A stretch of 64,000 nucleotides of DNA from IMG/VR virus record IMGVR_UViG_3300046665_000193, positions 14,981-78,980 of that record. One strand, 5' to 3'. A program made the translations under genes and the position numbers. The first letter of the stretch is position 1. The number at the start of each line of letters is the position of its first letter. The notes under the pieces are model-generated. The model was not told the DNA's origin. It ran no database searches and saw only the letters and a program-made list of their open reading frames with translations. This stretch comes from a virus. Positions 1-7,560 of the stretch are shown in pieces.

Positions 1-488
1 CCATCCACGCCGACCGCGCCATCTTCTGGGACACCAAGAACGGCGGCTTCCGGGCGGTTCCTCTGTCCGAGAGGGCGAAGGCGGCGCTGGAGCGTCGGCG
101 TAAACTAAAGGGTAACCAAGCCGGGCCGTTCTCCGATCTGGACAAGAGCCACATGCGTTGGCTCTGGGAGCGCACCCGTGCCCAGCTACCGCACCTTGAG
201 GACGCCGTGCTGTACTGCACCCGGCACACCTACGGGTCCCGCATGGTCATGAACGGTGTCCCGCTGTCGGTTCTCAAGAAGCTGATGGGCCACTCGGACA
301 TTAAGATGACTGAGCGCTACGCCGTGTTCGAGGACAACGCGGCCTTCGCAGCCGCACTGACGGCCCTGAACGGCAACGGCTTTGCGCCCAAGGCCACACC
401 CCTTTCGGTCGTGGTCGATAACGGCCTGGCACCGGGTCCGATGGAGGTTCTCGCCAAGAACCTTGAACGGGCAGGGCAAGTGCAGTAG
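1..488 (+). CDS. int: Tyrosine integrase, C-terminal part (5' truncated by window)
   Basis: TKNG, YCTRHT, MGHSD, TERYA motifs; near-identical protein to 42248..43363. Confidence 0.95.
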   Translation, partial: IHADRAIFWDTKNGGFRAVPLSERAKAALERRRKLKGNQAGPFSDLDKSHMRWLWERTRAQLPHLEDAVLYCTRHTYGSRMVMNGVPLSVLKKLMGHSDIKMTERYAVFEDNAAFAAALTALNGNGFAPKATPLSVVVDNGLAPGPMEVLAKNLERAGQVQ

Positions 489-521
489 ACACCCCGGCCA
501 GCGTCATATAGGTGCAAACCG

Positions 522-573
522 AGTGACAAAACGGGTGACAATGGGGTGCCAAATGGCACCTCACTGGTGACAA
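522..573 (+). repeat. Arm-type direct repeats (R)GTGACAA, P arm of element A
   Basis: AGTGACAA 522, GGTGACAA 534 and 566, variant GGTGCCAAAT 545. Confidence 0.75.
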
Positions 574-574
574 T

Positions 575-659
575 GCGGGCGTGGTGGAATTGGTAGACAC
601 AGCGGCTTTAGGTGCCGCCGCCGAAGGGTTTAGGGGTTCGAGTCCCTTCGCCCGCACCA
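575..659 (+). tRNA. tRNA-Leu(TAG), phage-borne, encoded CCA
   Basis: Acceptor GCGGGCG/CGCCCGC, anticodon arm GCGGC-TTTAGGT-GCCGC, long variable arm, GGTTCGAGTCC T-arm, ACCA end. Confidence 0.96.
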
Positions 660-670
660 TCGTGAGAAGT

Positions 671-685
671 GGATTTAGGTTCCCG
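671..685 (+). other. att junction A/B (core TTTAGGT 674-680)
   Basis: GGA-TTTAGGT-TCCCG; the same core recurs at 43549 and 44834 exactly where homology between elements switches. Confidence 0.85.
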
Positions 686-717
686 AGAGACTTACTCTAC
701 GATAGGCAACCTTCTAC

Positions 718-730
718 TAACATATTGATA
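718..730. promoter_or_regulatory. IHF consensus site in P' arm
   Basis: TAACATATTGATA matches YAANNNNTTGATW; lies between core and arm repeats. Confidence 0.6.
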
Positions 731-760
731 GCAGTCCAGAAATGGGCTGCTTTTTCTTTT
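731..760 (+). terminator. Rho-independent terminator inside the att P' arm
   Basis: GCAGTCCA-GAAA-TGGGCTGC + T-tract; the copy at 44889 has compensatory stem changes. Confidence 0.8.
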
Positions 761-793
761 GCCCAGTCATACTACGATATGAAGGTGGATATG

Positions 794-838
794 GGTGACA
801 CCCGCTTTGGTGACAGTGGAGCGGTGACAAAGTGACAA
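794..838 (+). repeat. Arm-type direct repeats GGTGACA(A), P' arm of element B
   Basis: Copies at 794, 809, 823, 831; identical block at 44954-44998. Confidence 0.8.
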
Positions 839-1257
839 ACGAGGAGAACAGACTGGAAACGAATGAAATCTGGGACTGGCAGTGCCGAATGCACCTCTGG
901 TCCTGCTGGCTCTACGAGATCGACGCCAAGCCCGCCCTCGACGACAGCGGCTACGACTGGCTCTGCAGGTTGCTCTCCAGCAACTACGGCAAGCTGCCCG
1001 ACTGGTTCACCCAGCGCGTCACCATGAGTGACCTCACCACCGGCACCGGCAGTGCCATCGCCAAGACCCTCACACCCGAAGAGATCGCAGCCGCCCGCTG
1101 GTGGCGCGACGAACACATACCAGCCATGCAAAAGGAAGCTGATGAACGCCGCATTGAAATTGAGAGAAGAGCATCTGGAACAGCAGGCCCAGCACAAGGG
1201 CGCAAAGCGGGTAAGGGATCAGGTCGCAAAGGCAAAGGAACGCGGGCTCGGGGCTGA
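832..1257 (+). CDS. Stand-alone protein resembling domain Ia (NAD-binding) of NAD-dependent DNA ligase
   Basis: WLYEIDAKPALDDSGYDWLCRLL resembles the LigA Ia YY..d.P.isDaeYD.L pattern; occupies the ligase slot. Confidence 0.55.
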   Translation: MTNEENRLETNEIWDWQCRMHLWSCWLYEIDAKPALDDSGYDWLCRLLSSNYGKLPDWFTQRVTMSDLTTGTGSAIAKTLTPEEIAAARWWRDEHIPAMQKEADERRIEIERRASGTAGPAQGRKAGKGSGRKGKGTRARG

Positions 1258-3595
1258 CACTCCGGGTGGCGTCGCGCTCATGAAGCGGGCCATCGAGCCG
1301 CTCTCGACTGCCATCAAGAACACGATCACCGATGCCCGGTCAGGCAAGGCCGGTCGCCGCCACGTTGCCATCGCCACTCTCGAAAAGATGGAACCCGACG
1401 TGATCGCCTACCTCACCACCCGCGAGGTGTTGAGCGGTGCCATGGATCAGGCCGGGCTCACCGCCACCGCCATCAAGATCGGCTCGGCGCTGGAAGAGGA
1501 ACTGAGGCTGCAGGCGTTCGATGAACAGCAGCCCGACCTCTACCACACCATCATGCGCCGCCTTAAGGAACGCGGAGCTGGGGCCGGGCATGCCCGCAAG
1601 GTGTTCGTGTTCGCGGCCAACAAGCCCGACGCTCAGGTCGAGCTACCGCGCATCGTCAAGACCGAGAAGATGCACATCGGGGTGCGCCTGATCGAGCTGA
1701 TGATCGAGGCCACCGGCTTCGTCGAGACGGTCACCGTGCGCGTCGGCAAGTCCAAGACCCGCTCCGTCATCCGCCCAACCGAGGCGGCAGCGAAATGGAT
1801 GGAGGACAAGAACCTCCGCGCGGAACTGATCAGCCCGGCCTATGCGCCCATGGTGGTCCCGCCGCTGGACTGGGAGGGCGTCTCGGGCGGCGGCTACATC
1901 AGCCCATCGTTCAAGGCACTGCCGCTGGTCAAGAAGGCCAACAAGAAGCAGCACCGCGAGCTGCTGGAGCGGGCCGATCTGTCGCTTGTGCTGCGGGCTC
2001 TCAACGCCATCCAGCGCACGCCATGGCAGGTCAACCAGCAGGTTCTCGACGTGATGCAGGAGGTCTGGGACAAGAGCTACGACATCGCCATGCCGGGCCG
2101 AGAGGACAAGCTGCTGCCTCCGATGCCAGCCGGGCACGCCATCGCCGAGACCTCCGAGGAAGCGTGGGCGAACGTCAATCCCGATGCCAAGAAGGCATGG
2201 ATGCGCGAAGCCCGCATGGTCTATGAGGGCAACGCCAGCTCCAAGGGCAAGCGGATGGGCATCAGCCAGATCATCCACACCGCGAAGGAACTGGCCGGGG
2301 AGCCTGAGATATACTTCCCCCACCAGCTCGACTTCCGGGGCCGGGCATACGCCGTGCCCATCGGGCTCAACCCGCAGGGCAGCGACCACGCCAAGGCGCT
2401 GCTGCACTTCGCACACGGCAAGGCGATCACCACGCCCCGCGCTGCGGGCTGGCTCGCGATCAACGGTGCCAACCTCTACGGCTTTGACAAGGCCGCGTTC
2501 GCCGACCGCATCGCATGGGTCGAGGAACGAGAGGAGCAGATCAAGTACACCGCAGAGAACCCTCTGGGCGACCTCTGGTGGACTGAGGCGGACAAGCCGT
2601 GGTGCTTCCTCGCGTGGTGTTTCGAGTATGCGAAATTCCTGGGGGAGGGTTACGGCTTTGTCTCGACCTACAACTGCTCGGTCGATGGAAGCTGCAACGG
2701 CCTGCAGCATTTCAGTGCCATGCTCCGCGATCCTGTTGGTGGCGCTGCCGTCAACCTCGTGCCCGGCGATCTGCCTGCTGACATCTACCAGCGCGTGGCC
2801 AACCGCGTCATCGAGAAGCTTAAGGCCGAGGATGGCGACGACTGGGTGGCGCGGGGCTGGCTGGACTTCGGCATCAACCGCAAGATCACCAAGCGCCCGG
2901 TCATGGTGCTGCCCTACGGCGGCACGTTCAAGAGTTGCATGGAGTACGTTCGCGAGGCCGTAGGGGAACGCATCGCAGATGGTGCGGAGAACCCCTTCGG
3001 CGACGAGCTGGGCAAGACCACGGCCACGCTCTCGCGCTTCGTATGGGACAGCATCGGCGACGTTGTCGTTGCTGCCCGCACGGCAATGGACTGGCTGCAG
3101 AAGTGTGCTCGCGTCGCGTCTAAGCATGGCGTGCCGCTGACATGGACGACGCCGTCAGGCTTCCCCGTGTTCCAGAGCTACATGGACATCACCCAGCGGC
3201 GCGTGAAGACCCGGCTGCAGGGCAGCTTGACGTACCTCTCCATTGCGGAGGAGGGCGACAAGATCGATGCGGGACGGCAGGCGCTGGCAGTGTCACCAAA
3301 CTTCGTCCACTCCAAGGACGCGGCGGCAATGATGCTGACCATCGCACTGGCCCTCGACAATGGCGTCTCCGCGTTCGCCATGATCCATGACAGCTACGGC
3401 ACCCACGCCGCCGACATGGACATGCTCGCGGCCTGCCTGAGGCATGCGTTCGTTGACCTCTACGAGGAGCACAATGTCCTCGCCGAGTTCCTCGCCGCAC
3501 TCCCTGATGCGGTACGGGCCGAGTGCCCGCCGCCACCACCGCTCGGATCGCTGGACATCCAAGGGGTGCTCCAGTCCGAGTTCTTTTTTGCCTAG
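1142..3595 (+). CDS. T7-like single-subunit DNA-directed RNA polymerase (gp1-like)
   Basis: DFRGRAY, DGSCNGLQHFS, RKITKRPVMVLPYG, PNFVHSKDA, IHDSYGT; start at ATG 1142 chosen by alignment with element D copy. Confidence 0.97.
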   Translation: MNAALKLREEHLEQQAQHKGAKRVRDQVAKAKERGLGADTPGGVALMKRAIEPLSTAIKNTITDARSGKAGRRHVAIATLEKMEPDVIAYLTTREVLSGAMDQAGLTATAIKIGSALEEELRLQAFDEQQPDLYHTIMRRLKERGAGAGHARKVFVFAANKPDAQVELPRIVKTEKMHIGVRLIELMIEATGFVETVTVRVGKSKTRSVIRPTEAAAKWMEDKNLRAELISPAYAPMVVPPLDWEGVSGGGYISPSFKALPLVKKANKKQHRELLERADLSLVLRALNAIQRTPWQVNQQVLDVMQEVWDKSYDIAMPGREDKLLPPMPAGHAIAETSEEAWANVNPDAKKAWMREARMVYEGNASSKGKRMGISQIIHTAKELAGEPEIYFPHQLDFRGRAYAVPIGLNPQGSDHAKALLHFAHGKAITTPRAAGWLAINGANLYGFDKAAFADRIAWVEEREEQIKYTAENPLGDLWWTEADKPWCFLAWCFEYAKFLGEGYGFVSTYNCSVDGSCNGLQHFSAMLRDPVGGAAVNLVPGDLPADIYQRVANRVIEKLKAEDGDDWVARGWLDFGINRKITKRPVMVLPYGGTFKSCMEYVREAVGERIADGAENPFGDELGKTTATLSRFVWDSIGDVVVAARTAMDWLQKCARVASKHGVPLTWTTPSGFPVFQSYMDITQRRVKTRLQGSLTYLSIAEEGDKIDAGRQALAVSPNFVHSKDAAAMMLTIALALDNGVSAFAMIHDSYGTHAADMDMLAACLRHAFVDLYEEHNVLAEFLAALPDAVRAECPPPPPLGSLDIQGVLQSEFFFA

Positions 3596-3597
3596 TC

Positions 3598-3632
3598 ACC
3601 TTCAAAACGTAGAGTAGCTATGCAAGGTAGGA
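3598..3632 (+). promoter_or_regulatory. Candidate repressor operator (inverted pair of ACCTTC-N4-CRTAG)
   Basis: ACCTTCAAAACGTAG-AGTAG-CTATGCAAGGTAGGA; conserved at 48323. Confidence 0.6.
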
Positions 3633-3650
3633 ATAGGTTGCACTCTCACC
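3633..3650 (+). promoter_or_regulatory. Candidate phage RNAP promoter
   Basis: ATAGGTTGCACTCTCACC; motif recurs at 13565, 30596, 36267, 48358, 58442. Confidence 0.55.
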
Positions 3651-3673
3651 TAACCGAACGCTGAAAGGTTCAC

Positions 3674-3835
3674 ATGAAGCATTCACTGACCATCCGCATG
3701 GGCGCTGCCAACTGGGACGCTACGCTGTCCAACGGCACCCGCTTTGACTTCCGCTCGATGACCACCGCCGACCGCAAGAAGTGGTACGGGGCGTTCATGT
3801 CGTCGGTGCGCAAGATGTACCGAGGGGCTCGCTGA
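3674..3835 (+). CDS. Small hypothetical protein (53 aa, MKHSLTIRMG...)
   Basis: RBS GAAAGG; conserved at 48399..48560; below ORF-track cutoff. Confidence 0.8.
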   Translation: MKHSLTIRMGAANWDATLSNGTRFDFRSMTTADRKKWYGAFMSSVRKMYRGAR

Positions 3836-4038
3836 TGCGGGAGACCCTGATCAACCTCGGCCTCTCAGTCGCACTGATGGGCATCACCATCATGGGCCTG
3901 CTGCTCCTCGGAGTGGAAGCCAAGACGATCCTGTCGTGGTTCGTCGTCATCTCCCTCGCGTCCGGCGTGGTCTGCGTCATCACCCTCGTGATGGAGTTCG
4001 TGGACACCATGCGGGCATGGCTCAACATCCTGCGGTGA
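3835..4038 (+). CDS. Small two-TM membrane protein
   Basis: Hydrophobic ORF coupled by TGATG; counterpart 48560..48763. Confidence 0.7.
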   Translation: MRETLINLGLSVALMGITIMGLLLLGVEAKTILSWFVVISLASGVVCVITLVMEFVDTMRAWLNILR

Positions 4039-4144
4039 CCGAGTTCATCTCGTTTCTCGCAGGCTTCGGGCTGGGGATCGGCGCGACCTCAGCCTTCGTC
4101 ATCCGCGCAGCACTCAAGGACATCAAGGAACTGTCTCAGCTCAC

Positions 4145-4408
4145 ATGATCAACCGTGACCAGATGACTAACGCCGACGCTCAGCTCGTTGCTGACGCTGG
4201 CATCGCCATCCTCGACCGGATGCAGAACTACAAGCCGCACATCCAGCCACTGGCACTGTGCGCCGCGTTCCTCACTCTCGCCGCTCACATCCGCGTCCCT
4301 GCTCAGGACCTCTTCACGCTCACGACCAACATGCTGTCGGAGGAAGAGAACATCGCGGAGTTCAAGGCGCTGCGTGACTACGTCAAGTACGAGATCAAGC
4401 GTGCTTAG
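4145..4408 (+). CDS. Conserved phage hypothetical protein (87 aa)
   Basis: Identical protein at 48870..49133. Confidence 0.8.
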   Translation: MINRDQMTNADAQLVADAGIAILDRMQNYKPHIQPLALCAAFLTLAAHIRVPAQDLFTLTTNMLSEEENIAEFKALRDYVKYEIKRA

Positions 4409-4606
4409 GCTCTGGCCGGTCTGGCTGATCCTCGCCGCTGTCGTCATCGGGGCGCTGCCTCGCTGATGTCCCGCAACCTCTCACTCGCAATCCATATGTG
4501 GCGGCAGGGCTATCCAATCCCTGTTGATCTCCACACCGCACTCACCAACGAGGGGCTCAACGTGGCCCGCCTCGAACAGCGCTATCGCGCGTAAGGAATA
4601 CACTGA

Positions 4607-5368
4607 ATGGCAAATGCAAAGCGTCCGCAGGCTCCCAAGGGCACGACCTTCAAGGGCATCTTCAAGTGGCCGAAGCTGACCGAACCTGACTACGGTTCGA
4701 AGGAGTTCCCCAAGCCCAACGGCGAGTTCAGCACCAAGCTGGTCGGTCGCATGGATGATCCAGACGTGCAGGCGTTCATCGCCAAGTGGCAGCCGCTGCA
4801 CGACGAAGCCATCGAGCGGGCCAAGGAAGAGTTCAAGGCCCTCAAGGTCGATGTCCGCAAGAAGCTCAAGGAAGTCACCGTCAACCCGCTCTACACTGAG
4901 CTGTACGACGAAGAGACCGAAGAGCCGACCGGCGAAGTCGAGTTCAAGTTCACGATGCAGTACAGCGGCGAATACAAGTCTGGTCCGAAGCAGGGCAAGA
5001 AGTGGTACCGCCGTCCCGGCATCTTCGACGCCAAGGGCAACGAGATGAAGCCGACACCGTCCATCTGGGGCGGCACCAAGGGCCGCGTCGCGTTCGAGGT
5101 TGGCCTGAACAAAGAGAACATGCCCGGCTACTTCATCCCCGGCACCGGCGCTGCGGGCCTGACCCTGCGTCTGCAGGCAGCTCGCATCCTCGAACTGGTC
5201 AGCGAAGGCCAGCGTGACGCCAACAGCTACGGCTTCGGCGAAGAGGAAGAGGGTTACGAATACGACCCGTCCTCGGTCGCATCGAACGACGACGCTGGCA
5301 CCACCGATCAGACGGATGGTGAAGCGGGTGGCGAAGGCAACGACGCTGGCTCGAACCCCGACTTCTAA
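4607..5368 (+). CDS. ssDNA-binding protein (gp2.5-like)
   Basis: PD...GEF, IWGG, acidic tail ending in DF; T7 gene position. Confidence 0.9.
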   Translation: MANAKRPQAPKGTTFKGIFKWPKLTEPDYGSKEFPKPNGEFSTKLVGRMDDPDVQAFIAKWQPLHDEAIERAKEEFKALKVDVRKKLKEVTVNPLYTELYDEETEEPTGEVEFKFTMQYSGEYKSGPKQGKKWYRRPGIFDAKGNEMKPTPSIWGGTKGRVAFEVGLNKENMPGYFIPGTGAAGLTLRLQAARILELVSEGQRDANSYGFGEEEEGYEYDPSSVASNDDAGTTDQTDGEAGGEGNDAGSNPDF

Positions 5369-5795
5369 GCTTCGGGGAATTGTTGAGGGCTACCGCAGCG
5401 GTCTTGAAGAGAAGGTCGCTGCGCAGCTCGCATCCCTTGAGGTGCCCGCTCACTACGAGCAGTACAAACTGAACTACGAAGTCCCGGCCCGTAAGGCCAC
5501 CTACACTCCAGACTTCGTGCTCCCCAACGGGATCATCATCGAGACCAAGGGTCGCTTCGTCACCGCTGATCGCAAGAAGCATCAGCTCGTGAAGGCAAGT
5601 CACCCGCAGCTCGACATCCGGTTCGTGTTCTCGAACCCCAACAACCGCATCGGCAAGAAGAGCGAGACCACATACGGCATGTGGTGCAGCAAGCTCGGCT
5701 TCCTCTTCGCCAAAGCATTCATCCCACGCGAGTGGGTGAACGAACCCGTGTGCCCGAAGCGGCTCGCGGCGAACGCAGCAGCGTTCAAGAAGTAA
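5346..5795 (+). CDS. Endonuclease I / Holliday junction resolvase (gp3-like); probable CTG start
   Basis: YRSGLE, YTPDF, IETKG, DIRFVF motifs; GAAGG 8 nt before CTG, conserved in element D. Confidence 0.92.
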   Translation: MARTPTSKLRGIVEGYRSGLEEKVAAQLASLEVPAHYEQYKLNYEVPARKATYTPDFVLPNGIIIETKGRFVTADRKKHQLVKASHPQLDIRFVFSNPNNRIGKKSETTYGMWCSKLGFLFAKAFIPREWVNEPVCPKRLAANAAAFKK

Positions 5796-5864
5796 CGACC
5801 GGGGAGGGCACAGGCTCTCCCCACCATCTCAGCTCATAAGCATCCACTGGAAAGAGAACTACAC

Positions 5865-6284
5865 ATGACGAACAAGATCAATCAAGGCGACTGCGTTGAA
5901 GTGCTCGACACCTCTGACAACCGCTCGTCCGCCACGTTCAAGACCAGCATCGGCAAGCGCTACATTGTCGATGAGGTTCGCGGCAACTTCCTCAGCCTGC
6001 GCGGCGTGAAGCGTAAGGGCTGGAGCATGAGCCGCTTCAAGGTCGTCTCACCGAACTATCCGAAGGCGGACGAGGTCGTCGTCGGCCAGTACATCATCAT
6101 CCTCCGCGATGAGAACGGTGTGCTGCTCCCGGCAAAGAACCCGAAGGTCTACCTGACCGACACGCAAGCCATGAAGATCGGCGAGGTAATGGCCAAGAAG
6201 CACGGTGGCACCTTCCAAGTGTTCAAGGCCATCGGCGAATACGACATGCCGAAGATCACCACCCCGACCTTCCGCAAGCTCTGA
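5865..6284 (+). CDS. Hypothetical protein
   Basis: Homolog at 50589..51008 with conserved C-terminal half. Confidence 0.75.
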   Translation: MTNKINQGDCVEVLDTSDNRSSATFKTSIGKRYIVDEVRGNFLSLRGVKRKGWSMSRFKVVSPNYPKADEVVVGQYIIILRDENGVLLPAKNPKVYLTDTQAMKIGEVMAKKHGGTFQVFKAIGEYDMPKITTPTFRKL

Positions 6285-6332
6285 TCCCACCAACAGCTCA
6301 CACAACAGCAACCTCTTAAGGAACCATCACAC

Positions 6333-6569
6333 ATGGCAAAAGACTTCCGCATGGTCGGCAACAAGCCCCAGACCCACATGCTCCTCGATCACTTCTCGGA
6401 CAAGTCGTCCATCACTGCAGTCGAGGCGGCGGCGCTGTATCGCATCCGCTCGCTGTCCCGTCGCATCGTCGATCTGTCGAACGATGGCCACCGCTTCTCC
6501 AAGCAGCACAGTGTGGACCCGACCGGGCAGCGTTACGTTCGCTATCACTACCTCGGAGCGTCTGCCTAA
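6333..6569 (+). CDS. Small winged-HTH DNA-binding protein
   Basis: SITAVEAAALYRIRSLSRRIVDL helix-turn-helix pattern; homolog 51548..51793. Confidence 0.7.
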   Translation: MAKDFRMVGNKPQTHMLLDHFSDKSSITAVEAAALYRIRSLSRRIVDLSNDGHRFSKQHSVDPTGQRYVRYHYLGASA

Positions 6570-7111
6570 TGTGGAAGCGCTTCACCGCACTGACCATCGC
6601 ACTCTCCCTCGCTCTCGCCACCACGGCGGGAGCACGGGCAGGCACCAGCAGCTTCTCCAGTTCGCGGAGTTCGTTCTCCAGCTCGTCGAGCTACCGGAGC
6701 ACGCCAAGCTACTCCTCGCCGAATATGCGCGTCACGCCCAGCTACACCGCTCCGAAGGTGAGTGTGCCAAGCGTGCCCGCACCGAAGCTGAGCGGCACCG
6801 GCATCACGCCACCGGCAGCAGCACCCACCGTGCCGAGCAAGCCTGCCGATACCACGGCCTCGCGCCGCTGGTGGTCATCCTCGACGAGCACGCCAGCCAA
6901 GCCGACCTACACGCCATCGGCACCGGCAGCTCCAGCGCCCGTCGTGGTGCAGCAGAGCGGTAGCTCGTGGACGACGTGGCTCTTCGCATGGTGGCTCTTC
7001 TCCGATCACAAGAAGGCCGAGGCCAAGCCTGCAGAGGCAAAGGGCCAGGTCGAGAAGTGTGATCCCAAAGCGACCATCGCCGAGAAAGTCTGCAAGGAAG
7101 GAAGCAAGTAA
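6569..7111 (+). CDS. Secreted/membrane Ser-Pro-rich low-complexity protein
   Basis: Signal-peptide-like N-terminus, Ser/Pro run, WTTWLFAWWLF segment; absent from element D. Confidence 0.7.
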   Translation: MWKRFTALTIALSLALATTAGARAGTSSFSSSRSSFSSSSSYRSTPSYSSPNMRVTPSYTAPKVSVPSVPAPKLSGTGITPPAAAPTVPSKPADTTASRRWWSSSTSTPAKPTYTPSAPAAPAPVVVQQSGSSWTTWLFAWWLFSDHKKAEAKPAEAKGQVEKCDPKATIAEKVCKEGSK

Positions 7112-7114
7112 CGC

Positions 7115-7387
7115 ATGCGCTACAAAGAACTGACGGCAGCACTGAAAGCTGCAGGACATCTCGACGCCCTCAAGCTGGTCGAGGGCATGTACGTCAAGCA
7201 GAAGCGACGCCCGATGCGCATGAGTGGTCGACACCTGACCATGGAGGATGCCGTTGCGATCCACAAACTGTATCGCTTCACGCGGCTGAACCATGGACAG
7301 ATCGCCAATCAGCTCGGACTGAACATCGGTCAGGTGACGCACGTCCTGAATGCGGAAGCCTTCCCCGAGGCTGCGCAGCATGCATGA
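7115..7387 (+). CDS. HTH DNA-binding protein
   Basis: HGQIANQLGLNIGQVTHVL; diverged counterpart 51793..52050. Confidence 0.65.
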   Translation: MRYKELTAALKAAGHLDALKLVEGMYVKQKRRPMRMSGRHLTMEDAVAIHKLYRFTRLNHGQIANQLGLNIGQVTHVLNAEAFPEAAQHA

Positions 7388-7560
7388 CACCCACCGCGAC
7401 CATCCCGCCCGACGCCTTCGCCCCCAACGGGTGAAGCTCGTCGAGTATCTCCTGCGCAAACGTGGTCGGTTCTACTACGGAGCCGCCGACGAGTTCATCG
7501 ATCAGGTTGGCAAGTTTCATCCTGACGTGCTGCGCGATGCCGACGCGATCCTAGAAGCGA

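Larger units (their letters stand above)
1..680 (+). mobile_element. Element A: right end of an upstream T7-like prophage (int C-terminus, arm sites, tRNA-Leu, att core)
   Basis: Same int-arm-tRNA-core order as the right end of element B (42880-43555), with many synonymous differences. Confidence 0.85.

Noticed and set aside
522-838. GGTGACAA repeats as a CRISPR array or iterons
   Set aside because: The repeats are only 7-8 bp, irregularly spaced, flank recombination cores, and there are no cas or rep genes.
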